The position numbers and the translations under genes were made by a program. Shown here in pieces: positions 50,012 through 60,333 of a DNA stretch of 64,000 bases. The stretch comes from Porphyridium purpureum. Lineage: Eukaryota. Location of the stretch: the NCBI GenBank assembly GCA_008690995.1, contig VRMN01000001.1, positions 992,001 to 1,056,000 on the forward strand, in the 5' to 3' direction. The notes beneath the pieces were generated by a model. The model saw only the letters and a program-made list of their open reading frames with translations. It did not search any database and was not told where the DNA came from. Numbering within the stretch: the first letter of the stretch is position 1; each line of letters begins with the position of its first letter.

Positions 50012-51904
50012 ATGGCGTCGAGTGGAGGTGGCGGGACGCCGGTGCCGCCAAATGCGGGCCCTGAAAGCGCGACGCGGGCTGCGCACAGCAGCGTGCGAGG
50101 GGAACGGCGGGAGGCCACGCAGCCTGAGGACGGGAGCCCGATGGGCTTGCGTGCGAACGTGTGGTCGCCTGCCAGTATTGTGAGCGTGCTGCTGCTCCTG
50201 GCTGTGATCGGGGTCAGCGTTAGCGCGATTCTGAATTCGCAAAAGGGCGCCGTTGCGTGCCCAGAATGCAACTGCGGCTCGTTGGATGGAGCGCCGCACG
50301 CCCGCGAGACCGTCGACGAAACGGCGCTGGGCCTCGGGCTGTCTGTGCTATGCATCACAGTCGTGGCCTGTATCTTGACCTCCTACTATCTTCAGGAAAA
50401 GCAGATTTCCGCCATGCCTGACTGTATCGCGTACGTCCTGATTGGCGTTTTCGTGGGCTCCACGATTCGGATTGCTGGCGCATCCAATGCGGCGGGGTAC
50501 GCGCTGCCGGGCAAAGAGCAATTGTTCTTGTTTATTCTCCCACCCATCATTTTTGAGGCAGGATATTCTCTCAACAAGCAGGATTTCTTCTCCGAATGGG
50601 TTTCCATTCTCGCCTTTGCGGTAATAGGGACACTGGTGTCTGCCCTCTTCTATGGGTTCGGAATGTATTTGCTCGGCACAGTAGAGGTCAGTTATCCCTT
50701 TTCTTTATGGGATGCGCTGAAATTTGGGGCGCTGATTTCTGCGGTGGATCCGGTTGCAACGATCGCGGTATTCAGCGCGCTGCGTGTCAACAAGACGCTC
50801 CACTTTCTGGTGTTTGGCGAGAGTGTACTCAACGACGCGGTGGCCATCGTCCTGTACCAAACCTTCTCCGATCTTGGGAGTGCCGGTGAGCATACTACAT
50901 TTTACAAGCCAATCTTGAATTTCTTCTTCATGTTCGTTGGCTCGTTTGTGGTTGGTGTGGTCACGGCCTGCGTGACGGCACTGCTGCTCAAGTACACCCG
51001 ACTCAGCGCTACCCCTACGCTTGAACTTTCGCTCTATGTGCTCATGGCTTATCTGCCTTACTTCATTTGCGAGGGGCTCGGTATGAGCGGCATCATGGGG
51101 ATCCTTGCGAGCGGCGTGACGCTTGCCCACTATGCTTTCTACAATCTCTCGCGCATCTCGCAGATTTCTTCGCAACAAGCGTTCCGCTTCATGTCGTTTA
51201 TAGCCGAAACGTTTCTGTTTGTTTACTTGGGCATTGCACTGACGAGCTTCCGGCATCTGTGGGACATCAAGACGCTCCTGTTTGGCATCTTGCTGACGCT
51301 TGTGTCTCGCGCCGTGAACATTTATCCGTTAGCGCTGGTGTTAAACCGCTATCGCTCGCAGCAGATCAGTGCGAAAAACCAATTCATCATGTGGTTCTCC
51401 GGTCTGCGTGGTGCGATTGCGTTCGCGCTTTCGCTCAACTTCACCAGTATTCTGGAAGAAACCCAAAGGGTCGTGGTTGCGACGACTCTAGGCATTGTCT
51501 TGTTTACCGTCATCGTGCTGGGCGGTGGGATCATGCCTCTGCTGCGGCTACTGCGCGTCGAGGGCGCTGCAGACTCTAATATGTATCGCGAGGTGTCGCA
51601 CGGGCCCAAGGTCCTGTCCATGGATGCGGTGAAGAACTCACCTTTGGACTCTGGCACGAACGCGTCGCTCGCAGAGTTTGCCGCAGCGTCGCCAGATGTG
51701 GACCAAGTCGATGAGCAGGCGGACGCCGACCAGATGAGCTTTTTTGCAAAGCTGGACCGCCTTTGGCTTGCTCCGGCACTTACCGTGCCTTATGACCGCG
51801 GAGACCGAACTACGGAGAGCTTTCAGCGGCTTGTAATGCAATCTGACTACCTTTCAGTCAGCCCGCACGAGATGGGCGAGATTTTGTCTGGTGGCACACA
51901 CTGA
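50012..51904 (+). CDS. Na+/H+ exchanger (CPA1, NHE8/NHX-like)
   Basis: LPPIIFEAGY, ISAVDPVA, FGESVLNDAVAIV, WFSGLRGAIAFAL; many TM helices. The upstream in-frame ATG 49865 is a possible alternative start. Confidence 0.93.
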   Translation: MASSGGGGTPVPPNAGPESATRAAHSSVRGERREATQPEDGSPMGLRANVWSPASIVSVLLLLAVIGVSVSAILNSQKGAVACPECNCGSLDGAPHARETVDETALGLGLSVLCITVVACILTSYYLQEKQISAMPDCIAYVLIGVFVGSTIRIAGASNAAGYALPGKEQLFLFILPPIIFEAGYSLNKQDFFSEWVSILAFAVIGTLVSALFYGFGMYLLGTVEVSYPFSLWDALKFGALISAVDPVATIAVFSALRVNKTLHFLVFGESVLNDAVAIVLYQTFSDLGSAGEHTTFYKPILNFFFMFVGSFVVGVVTACVTALLLKYTRLSATPTLELSLYVLMAYLPYFICEGLGMSGIMGILASGVTLAHYAFYNLSRISQISSQQAFRFMSFIAETFLFVYLGIALTSFRHLWDIKTLLFGILLTLVSRAVNIYPLALVLNRYRSQQISAKNQFIMWFSGLRGAIAFALSLNFTSILEETQRVVVATTLGIVLFTVIVLGGGIMPLLRLLRVEGAADSNMYREVSHGPKVLSMDAVKNSPLDSGTNASLAEFAAASPDVDQVDEQADADQMSFFAKLDRLWLAPALTVPYDRGDRTTESFQRLVMQSDYLSVSPHEMGEILSGGTH

Positions 51905-52269
51905 AGCAATGCTGCGGTCGATGTGTGAAACTCATTATTATGGAATCTTTTGCTTGTAAAACAGTAAATTGTATGCGCATGTCCAAGCCTTGCAAAGTTC
52001 CGTCTCAAACCCACACGGACAGGGCGCCACGCGCTACTTTCCACATCTCTTCCTCTTTTTCATCAAGTTGCGCACCTGCGGGACCGAATGAATGCCTAAT
52101 AACGGCTGGCACAGAAGTGGACGTCGTACGAGCGTAGAACTCGGGGCGACTGTCGCGTCATTGTGCGCGGGATTGGTTAGACGCAGCCCAGTTCATCTGT
52201 GCGGGAAGAGGGTGTGGGATTGACGCAGGCATACTCCAAGTAAGGATCCGCGGGAACCTGGTTGCAGAC

Positions 52270-53094
52270 ATGCGGAAAGTAGTGGCGCAGTCAGCCAGCG
52301 TCCTCTTTCTAGCTGTCACCCTTCCGGTTCTCGTGCATGCGTTGAGGAGCATACCCGAGGACGCTTTTTACTTGTTACAAGGCGGGCGTTTGGCTGTGCT
52401 GGTTTGGGCAGCGCTCAGTTTTTTGTCGGTGCCTGCTCTCATTGCATTTTTAATTCTTGACGATGACGCGCAAGTCATGCGTAGCCGCGCGCCGCGCGTA
52501 ATCACACTGTGGCTGGCTTGCGGGATCGGTCCGCTCGTTGCTGTTCTTTCCGTGGATGTGTTCTTCCTCCAGCGGTTCGGTCCGATAGTGGCGCGCGTCG
52601 CGCTTGTGTTCTCGATCGCCTACGGGACGATTGGGTTTGCCGTTGTCGTGGAGAAGTTTATTCGGCCTTCATGGGAACACCACCACGTGGGTGAGCGTAT
52701 CATGCAGCCATTGCAACCGGTCATCCGAACAGGGGGCAGTATTCTGTCCGGCGCGTACAAGCTGCTAGCCGCCGGGCAGATTCGGCTGGTAGCCTACTTG
52801 GAGGAACGAGTTAAAACAGTCGAGGGAGTGGTGGCAGAATTCGAGGCCAAGCTGGCAAGTGAGGTCGCAGAGACCAAGGTGACTACAGATGAGGCTCTGA
52901 AAGAGTTGGGTAACTCGCCGCAGGGCACCTCGCACGTGACGCTGCTGCGGCCTCAGTTGGATTCGTGCCTTGGGACATACGAGAAGGACCTCGAGACGAC
53001 ACTCAAGAATTACCGTGCGGTGCTTGAGATGCTTAATCAGCGGCTCGCGCGGGCTCGTAAGGAATTAGCGATCGCGCTTGGAGAGGGAACTTAG
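52270..53094 (+). CDS. Hypothetical protein with about 4 TM helices and a C-terminal coiled coil
   Basis: 274-aa ATG-initiated ORF with hydrophobic N-half and heptad-rich C-half; no family recognised. Confidence 0.6.
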   Translation: MRKVVAQSASVLFLAVTLPVLVHALRSIPEDAFYLLQGGRLAVLVWAALSFLSVPALIAFLILDDDAQVMRSRAPRVITLWLACGIGPLVAVLSVDVFFLQRFGPIVARVALVFSIAYGTIGFAVVVEKFIRPSWEHHHVGERIMQPLQPVIRTGGSILSGAYKLLAAGQIRLVAYLEERVKTVEGVVAEFEAKLASEVAETKVTTDEALKELGNSPQGTSHVTLLRPQLDSCLGTYEKDLETTLKNYRAVLEMLNQRLARARKELAIALGEGT

Positions 53095-53375
53095 AACGCG
53101 ATTTGAATTTTGGAATTGGCACATAGAGAGGATCGTGCCAGCAGTTATAAACGACGCAGACCATAAATATTCCATGCTGCTTCGGCAACGGACCCGACTT
53201 TGCTCAGAACGAGACGATTGGGTTGCCTTCCCGTCTCCGGACGGAATGAAATACATCGGAAAACTTCCGCGCTGCGGCTGATGCTCGAATCCGTTCGAAC
53301 AGACGATTCAGTCCCATACGAAGCTTTATTGTCGCACGAGGCTAATACACGGATGCTTCTCCTCCGGCGCACTCT

Positions 53376-54182
53376 CTAAGCAGTCATTCGCTTGGCCTCT
53401 TCGAGCTCCATGGCTTTTCGGATCTTCTCTTGCTTGTGCTGGCTCTTGATGCCCATGATGCCTCCGCCCCACTGCTTCCTGATCTCCGTGTATCTGTCAT
53501 TGAAGTTTCCACGAACCGACTCGATTAATTTTGCCAGCTCGTTCTTGTCGTCGGGTCGGACCCCGGTGAACGCGACAACGGTGGCCTTCTTCTTGTGGAC
53601 CACTTCGCCCAAACGCGCCTTGCCCTTGACGATGCAGTACGGCACGTCCATCTTGTGGCACAGCGCGGGGAGCCACAGAACCATCTCAATGGGATCCACG
53701 TCGTGCGCAATCACCACAAGCAGGGCCTTCTTCTGCTCCACCAGTTCCACAATATGGTTCAGACCATACTTCACAAAGACCGGCTTCTTGGAGTCGGCTG
53801 CCGCCGCGCCGTCTGCCTTCTCTTGCGCTGCCTTATTCAGACGCTCCTTCTTGGCCGCTCTGTCCTCCGGCTTGTACTTTGCCAGCAGCTTGAACAGCTG
53901 CGAGCTCAGATTTTTGTCGAGCGTCTTGGTGAACTGCCACACGCTTGGCGGCACCTTGAGGCGCATCGTCAAGATCCTCCTCTGCCTCTGAACCCGCACA
54001 TACTTCGGCCACTTGACGAAGCGCGACAGATTTCTCTTGGGTTGGATATCCTGGCCAATCCCAAAGTTCTTCGGGCGCTTCTCAAACAGCGGATGCTTCG
54101 GCGCCTTCTCGATCGTCTTCTTCAGCGCGGCCGGCGCCTCCGCGACCTTCTTGCCCTTCCCCGTAACTTTCTTCGGAGCCAT
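53376..54182 (-). CDS. RPL7A: 60S ribosomal protein L7a (eL8)
   Basis: [54 protein letters not shown] at 54182. Confidence 0.98.
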   Translation of the reverse strand: MAPKKVTGKGKKVAEAPAALKKTIEKAPKHPLFEKRPKNFGIGQDIQPKRNLSRFVKWPKYVRVQRQRRILTMRLKVPPSVWQFTKTLDKNLSSQLFKLLAKYKPEDRAAKKERLNKAAQEKADGAAAADSKKPVFVKYGLNHIVELVEQKKALLVVIAHDVDPIEMVLWLPALCHKMDVPYCIVKGKARLGEVVHKKKATVVAFTGVRPDDKNELAKLIESVRGNFNDRYTEIRKQWGGGIMGIKSQHKQEKIRKAMELEEAKRMTA

Positions 54183-54572
54183 CGCAGCGTGCCGCACGAC
54201 GAGGTTCCTCTCCTACCTCCCTTTTCCCAGCTGTCTCTGCACTTACTCCCGTCTCCTCACCAAACTTTTTCCCTGCACATACCCCTCCCCCCCTCACGCC
54301 AATTCCCTTCTATCATCAAATGACCCATTCTTCGTACAAAGTACACGTTTCTCTTCTTCCTTCGGGTCCCCGCCGGGAAGCCCATCCGACGGCGCGGGTT
54401 AGATCGAGGGTTGCACATTTCCGCCTTCGCTCCGCGCCAAACCCTCAATCTAACTAACCCTATTCATTCAGGGAAAAAAAAACAAAAACAACTGACCCCA
54501 CGAACCGAAAGCCGAACCGACTGTACCTCCTCATCCCCAAACACCCCTTTGATTTTTGTTGTCCTTCTTCCT

Positions 54573-55369
54573 CTTGGAATTTCTCCCTTTCTGCTTTGTA
54601 ACCGAATCAACAAAACCGGACCGCTTCACCGATAACAGGAACTGGAAACCGCCACACCCCGGAAACTGACAAACCGACGACGAACCGACACACCGAAACG
54701 AACGGAAGGACAAGCAGGACAATCAGAGAAAAGTGGCTAGAAAGGAAGAGAGGACAGAAAATTCAACTTATAGGGGACTACGAGAGGGAGTGGACCGGTC
54801 TTGACAAGTGAAGGGTGATGGAAGGTACGTTTAAACCCCAGCTGCCTTTTTAAAAACACTCCAGACCGATATCCGCTCGCACAACACGCTAGCGTGCCTC
54901 TCCCGCAAATCCAACCCAAGTCTTCCAACGACTGCCTCAATCCAACTAACCAATTCTCTTTTTATTCTATTTGCCCTTACCTCTTCTTCTACCTTGACCT
55001 GGAAATTCCTGGGAACCAGCTTGCCCCTTCGTCCTTTTATACCCTTCGTCCTTGCTCTTTCCAGCAAGGACGGGAGAACAAATTTCTCCAACAGGACGAA
55101 TTTCCACCACAGGTTTTGATTCGTTCCACAACTCGCAACCACAGCCGGCCACGTATCCGGAAAATGGCCGGGAGGGCGCGTCAAGAACGAATCCAGAAGC
55201 TTCGGCCGGCCTTTGACCTTTGCACAAGGCCACACAAAACGACAATGACAAACATTTCGCAGGTCCGAGATCATCACGCTTCTCGAACAATCTTTCATCA
55301 TAGAACTTTCTAGGGTTTTGTACTCAAAACCCTACGGCGTCTCTCGGGGCGGAACCCTAAAATTCCACG
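54573..55369 (-). repeat. 3' LTR
   Basis: Direct repeat of 59537-60333; no differences seen by eye and the ORF-track translations of both copies are identical. 8-bp inverted repeat TGGAATTT/AAATTCCA inset 2 nt from each end. Confidence 0.95.
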
Positions 55370-58300
55370 CTCCTCCTTCCGGTCTGAGGGACGCGTAACT
55401 TCTCCCAGCACTTAATGTGGCCCTCCGGAAATAAGGCCTTGGTCATTAAGTCCGCCACATTTTCGTCCGTCTTCACAAATGCCAGTTTCACAAGTTTCTG
55501 CTTTTCGCACACCTGATGCAACCAGGCCAAATCTGTTGCTCGGGTTATCGCCATATGATGCAACTTTGGCGAGTACCCCATCTCTATTGCTCGCATCACA
55601 GCTTGATTGTCACACATCAAAATCACCGAGAACTCTCCGTCACGTATACTTCGCAAGAAAGACAATGCAGGAAACAACGAGAGTTGCACAGTTTCCTCTA
55701 GGGCGGCCAGCTCCGACTCTGAAGTCGACGAGCTCACGAAACGCTGCTTTCTTGAAGACCAATCCACTAGGTACTTGTAATCTCCAGCAACTAAGTACGT
55801 TGCTCTTCCAGAAGTCGACACACGACTCTCTGGACAACCAGCAAAGTCAGCATCCGTGTATCCAAGAATGTTCACCATTCTGATGCCTTCCTTGAGATTC
55901 CCCAACACGTGATACTCCAATGCTTCCCGAGGTGTTTTCAAATACTGCACGACTCGTACGAGCAGCCTTTCTGCTGCCACATTCCACTTGTCAACGTACC
56001 GGGCAATCATACCGACTGCATACGCAATATCAGGTCGAACCGTTCTGGCGAGCCACATCAGCCTCCCGACGTGTTCTCTTACTTTCAAAGTCTTCCAGAT
56101 GACTTGATAATTCAGAACTTCCTCGCCATCTAGCTTCTCAGATGGTGACTTCACGGCACGCAATACGCGTCTAATATCCTGCTCAAATTCCCGAATGACC
56201 ACATCTTGATACTCTTGATTCGCCAAACTCACGCTCCCATTTTTGAGGGAAATGCTCGTCCCCAGGAATCTCAAGGATCCTCCTTCCGTCAATAGTTCTG
56301 GTGCTTTTTCTATGAGAAACTCTTGTTTCAATTCTTCGATGATTCCTGGGCGTTCCTCCTCTCGACAGGCTAATAGACCATCATCCACGTACAGAGCCAA
56401 CAACGCAACTGACGAACTTGCAGCATTTCTCCGGACGTACACATTCTTTTCACCATGCACGAGCTTCCACTGGAACTTTTGCAATCTCCTCCGAGCATCT
56501 TGTGAGAAATCCGAGCCGCTCCTGGGCAAGCCATACAGCGCCTTTCTCAGCCTGACTACTGTGTCTTTTGAATCACAAATTTCACGCGGTAAGTATGCAA
56601 ACGTAGGTGGCCCAGACAGGTCCGCATGGAGGTATGCCGAGCTGATGTCGAAACTAACAATCTGAAGGCCCAGAATTGCAGCCACAGCTATTATCATTCG
56701 GATAGCTGACAAACCAGCAGGCGTCTCATAATCAAAAATGTCATTCGTCGCAGCTCCATCGGACCCCCATATCCTGTTTCCCCCGGCCACCAAGCGGCAC
56801 TTCACCTTGCGAAATTCTTCCGGCATCTCAGCAAATTTCAGACCGAAAATGAAATGTGTGCGTACGAAACGAGCACCAGGTTGCCTCCGGGCCTCCTCCA
56901 GCGTCAAGGGACTCTCATCCCATACCCCAAATTTCAGCATGGATTTGACTTCTTTTTCCATCGCGGCTCGTCCTTGCTCAGACGCCAACGCCGCTCCAGT
57001 TTTCAGCAAAGTCGTTAAGTTCAACTGTGGGATCGTCACTGGACCACCCGTGCCTGCTGCCCGTTCTTCGTCAACCACTCTCACTTTCAATGCCTCGATC
57101 TCTTTCTCAAGCTCCGCTTCTCTAGCTCTGAGAGCATCGATACGACGATCCAAGTCCTGCACCGCTTCAACCGCGGATGGTTCGTCCACTTCTGGCAACT
57201 CTTCCTGCTGGCTCAGGCTCACCATCTCTCGTTCAATTCCCTTTAAAGGGAACTCATGGGTAAATGCCTTAAAATCCTGAGTGCGAATTACTTTTGGGGT
57301 CTCACTCGTCCAGTCATCCCGAGGAAGCACCAAAATTGCCATCGGATGCTCTCCAACGCCGACGAGAATGCCAACTTTTCCTCGCGGTGCATACTTATTG
57401 TCAGGCTGATCATCTTTGTAGACCACCTTGCACCCGAATGGCAAACTAAGATTTCTCGGCGACCATTTTTCACCATGTCGTAATTCAAACGGCGTCTTTC
57501 CAGACTTCCTGCCCACGTGAAGTCTATTCGTCATGAACGCGAAATGCTGCGCGGCGTGCATGAACCAACGCTTCCCGAGTCCGGCCTGCACAAGATTCGC
57601 ACGGATTCCCTGATTCAGCGTGTGGTGAAACCGCTCCTGTTCAGCATGACTGTTTGGCCTGTACGGAATCCCCACCTCGTGCTTTATGAGGTGTTCACGC
57701 ACCAGTCTCCCCACATCTCCCTTGAACTCATTCCCATCATCCGTTCGCAAAACCTTCGGCCATCCTCTCCCGGCTTGCACACTTTTCCAAGCGTCCGCAA
57801 CCGCCGTGTGGGTTTTCGCACGTAGCCCCGCCAATGTCACCCATCCTGTGGCTCTGTCGATATGCGTCAAAATAAACTTTGAACCATCTACCGACTTCAC
57901 ATTTCGCCCAGGCTCCACCAAGTCAATTCCGACTTCATCATTGAATGACAATGCACTGACATCTTTCTCCAGCCTTCGGGCCGGGCGTCGCTTTATCTTC
58001 GCCACGACACACGTCTCACAGTCTCTTTGCATAGGCATGTGAGTCAACTCGTGTTCCGAAGCAGCCACGCTCTGATTTTTCCCGTCAAGCTCGGGAACCA
58101 CTTCTTCAACATTTTCCAACGTGCATATTTCCTTCCCCTCGGGCCTCGTTTCCATCAGTCCCTTCTGCCAATCAATCTTAGGATTCACCATCTTGAGCCA
58201 TTTCCACCCTAAGATGGCATCCATACGAATGGGACCGATATAAAACTCGACGTTCCCTATCCAGAAACCGAGGTCCACCGCAAGCACAATGGGGCCGTGC

Positions 58301-58521
58301 ACCTTCATTCTCTGTCCTCCCGCAAGCTCGACCATGCATTCATCGCAACTGGACTTTACGCTTGCGTCCAAGAATCGGGACCCCAGGAAATTATGCGACG
58401 CTCCACTGTCAATCAAGAAGTCGATTTTTGAACCACTCACTTTCCCATGTTTGTAGAAGAGCCTTGACCTCGCACCCTCGTGCGCAACACCTTCCACAAC
58501 ACCCATTACAGGAGGCTCCAT
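55357..58521 (-). CDS. pol: Pol polyprotein: protease-integrase-RT-RNase H (probably expressed as Gag-Pol by -1 frameshift)
   Basis: PR LIDSGASHNF; INT HELTH..CETC, VGIDLV, RTDDGNEF, QERF; RT KCRLVAGG, DISSAYL, LRKALYGL, LYVDD; RNase H YTDADFAG, ESEL, CDNQ, NVADLMTK. Confidence 0.95.
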   Translation of the reverse strand: MEPPVMGVVEGVAHEGARSRLFYKHGKVSGSKIDFLIDSGASHNFLGSRFLDASVKSSCDECMVELAGGQRMKVHGPIVLAVDLGFWIGNVEFYIGPIRMDAILGWKWLKMVNPKIDWQKGLMETRPEGKEICTLENVEEVVPELDGKNQSVAASEHELTHMPMQRDCETCVVAKIKRRPARRLEKDVSALSFNDEVGIDLVEPGRNVKSVDGSKFILTHIDRATGWVTLAGLRAKTHTAVADAWKSVQAGRGWPKVLRTDDGNEFKGDVGRLVREHLIKHEVGIPYRPNSHAEQERFHHTLNQGIRANLVQAGLGKRWFMHAAQHFAFMTNRLHVGRKSGKTPFELRHGEKWSPRNLSLPFGCKVVYKDDQPDNKYAPRGKVGILVGVGEHPMAILVLPRDDWTSETPKVIRTQDFKAFTHEFPLKGIEREMVSLSQQEELPEVDEPSAVEAVQDLDRRIDALRAREAELEKEIEALKVRVVDEERAAGTGGPVTIPQLNLTTLLKTGAALASEQGRAAMEKEVKSMLKFGVWDESPLTLEEARRQPGARFVRTHFIFGLKFAEMPEEFRKVKCRLVAGGNRIWGSDGAATNDIFDYETPAGLSAIRMIIAVAAILGLQIVSFDISSAYLHADLSGPPTFAYLPREICDSKDTVVRLRKALYGLPRSGSDFSQDARRRLQKFQWKLVHGEKNVYVRRNAASSSVALLALYVDDGLLACREEERPGIIEELKQEFLIEKAPELLTEGGSLRFLGTSISLKNGSVSLANQEYQDVVIREFEQDIRRVLRAVKSPSEKLDGEEVLNYQVIWKTLKVREHVGRLMWLARTVRPDIAYAVGMIARYVDKWNVAAERLLVRVVQYLKTPREALEYHVLGNLKEGIRMVNILGYTDADFAGCPESRVSTSGRATYLVAGDYKYLVDWSSRKQRFVSSSTSESELAALEETVQLSLFPALSFLRSIRDGEFSVILMCDNQAVMRAIEMGYSPKLHHMAITRATDLAWLHQVCEKQKLVKLAFVKTDENVADLMTKALFPEGHIKCWEKLRVPQTGRRSVEF
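55370..55380 (-). other. Polypurine tract
   Basis: Minus-strand GGAAGGAGGAG directly abuts the 3' LTR. Confidence 0.85.
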
Positions 58522-58569
58522 TCCCCTCGAGATCTCCTCCTGTCTTGGCTCTCGAGGTCTTAGTTTTCC
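58508..58569 (-). promoter_or_regulatory. Putative -1 programmed ribosomal frameshift signal (slippery site + H-type pseudoknot)
   Basis: G_GAA_AAC immediately before the gag stop, a 5-nt spacer, and two perfect 8-bp stems. The pol frame is -1 and open from the slip site. Confidence 0.8.
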
Positions 58570-59507
58570 GGCTCTGGCGGACCACCTGCCAAGCGCTCCT
58601 TCAATTTAGGGCATTTGGGCTTAATGTGTCCACGTTCTCCACAATGGTAACACTTCACTTTGGTCTTGCCAGACTTCCGCTTGTCCATGGCTCCCAAATC
58701 CATTGGTGCGCTACCAGAATGCGACGAGAACGCCCTGCTATGAGTCGATGACGAGTTCTTGATCACTTGACTCATATCTCCTCCGAACTTTGCAACCTGC
58801 TCAGCTGCCAACGCAACTTTCAGTGATTCTTCCAAGGTCCTTGTGTCCTGACGGGCCACCTCAATACGCAGTTTCTCCTTCAAGCCCAGCGTGAAGATGG
58901 TGTTCAGTTCTGCATCTGTCACATCTTCAACTGATAACGCTGTCATCCTGAGATTCTGCTCAAATTCTGCGACCGTCATTTTCCCTTGCTTCAACTGATA
59001 CAGATTGGTGCGCGCTGTCAAATGCGCCTGCGGCGGCTCAAACGCTGTGCGCACGAAGTTTGCGAACGCATCCCATCCGGCCTCTGCAAGGCCCTTTCTC
59101 TGCTCCTCCGGACGAGCTGCCCAAAGCAGCGCTGCGTCCCTCTCGAAAAAGCGACTTGCAACAATCACTTTCTGCGAGTCCAAAGCATCTGCGGGCATGC
59201 AGATATCCAGGTCGCTCTTCATTCGCATCAGCCATTCATTGACAACGAGCTTGTCACGCTGACCATCAAACTTTCTCAAACTGCGCCCAATTAACGCGGC
59301 CATGGCACGATCGTTGTCACCAGACCCAGACGCCACGGTCTGCTGGCGCAACAAAACATGCATCATTTCATGGAGGTTACGATTCGCTTCCTGCACTTGT
59401 GCCATCATCATCTCCTGTCCCGCAATGCGCGCATGCAGCTGATTAGCTGCCTCAATCCATGCCGCATTCTCCTGCGGGACATTCATTTCCATTTCATGGC
59501 TTTCCAT
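58560..59507 (-). CDS. gag: Gag (capsid + CCHC nucleocapsid)
   Basis: KFDG..EWL..W..F..F, LKQG.MTVAEF, FTLGLK, APMDLG, CYHCGERGHIKPKC. First ATG is 59507. Confidence 0.93.
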   Translation of the reverse strand: MESHEMEMNVPQENAAWIEAANQLHARIAGQEMMMAQVQEANRNLHEMMHVLLRQQTVASGSGDNDRAMAALIGRSLRKFDGQRDKLVVNEWLMRMKSDLDICMPADALDSQKVIVASRFFERDAALLWAARPEEQRKGLAEAGWDAFANFVRTAFEPPQAHLTARTNLYQLKQGKMTVAEFEQNLRMTALSVEDVTDAELNTIFTLGLKEKLRIEVARQDTRTLEESLKVALAAEQVAKFGGDMSQVIKNSSSTHSRAFSSHSGSAPMDLGAMDKRKSGKTKVKCYHCGERGHIKPKCPKLKERLAGGPPEPEN

Positions 59508-59518
59508 TTTCTCCAAAC

Positions 59519-59536
59519 AACCGGGCGATGATACCA
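59519..59536 (-). other. Primer-binding site, probably for initiator tRNA-Met
   Basis: TGGTATCATCGCCCGGTT abuts the 5' LTR and resembles the TGGTATCAGAGC-type iMet PBS. Confidence 0.85.
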
Positions 59537-60333
59537 CTTGGAATTTCTCCCTTTCTGCTTTGTAACCGAATCAACAAAACCGGACCGCTTCACCGATAAC
59601 AGGAACTGGAAACCGCCACACCCCGGAAACTGACAAACCGACGACGAACCGACACACCGAAACGAACGGAAGGACAAGCAGGACAATCAGAGAAAAGTGG
59701 CTAGAAAGGAAGAGAGGACAGAAAATTCAACTTATAGGGGACTACGAGAGGGAGTGGACCGGTCTTGACAAGTGAAGGGTGATGGAAGGTACGTTTAAAC
59801 CCCAGCTGCCTTTTTAAAAACACTCCAGACCGATATCCGCTCGCACAACACGCTAGCGTGCCTCTCCCGCAAATCCAACCCAAGTCTTCCAACGACTGCC
59901 TCAATCCAACTAACCAATTCTCTTTTTATTCTATTTGCCCTTACCTCTTCTTCTACCTTGACCTGGAAATTCCTGGGAACCAGCTTGCCCCTTCGTCCTT
60001 TTATACCCTTCGTCCTTGCTCTTTCCAGCAAGGACGGGAGAACAAATTTCTCCAACAGGACGAATTTCCACCACAGGTTTTGATTCGTTCCACAACTCGC
60101 AACCACAGCCGGCCACGTATCCGGAAAATGGCCGGGAGGGCGCGTCAAGAACGAATCCAGAAGCTTCGGCCGGCCTTTGACCTTTGCACAAGGCCACACA
60201 AAACGACAATGACAAACATTTCGCAGGTCCGAGATCATCACGCTTCTCGAACAATCTTTCATCATAGAACTTTCTAGGGTTTTGTACTCAAAACCCTACG
60301 GCGTCTCTCGGGGCGGAACCCTAAAATTCCACG
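59537..60333 (-). repeat. 5' LTR
   Basis: Direct repeat of 54573-55369; contains a minus-strand TATAAAA at about 59999-60005. Confidence 0.95.

Larger units (their letters stand above)
54573..60333 (-). mobile_element. Full-length LTR retrotransposon (5761 bp) with copia-order pol and gypsy-like gag/protease
   Basis: Two 797-bp LTRs offset by 4964 bp, TSD TTCCT (54568-54572 and 60334-60338), PBS, PPT, intact gag and pol. Confidence 0.96.

Noticed and set aside
54737..55313. 107-156 aa ORFs in both LTRs (also 59701-60277) as accessory or env genes
   Set aside because: Overlapping on both strands, no recognisable motifs; they are duplicated only because the LTRs are.
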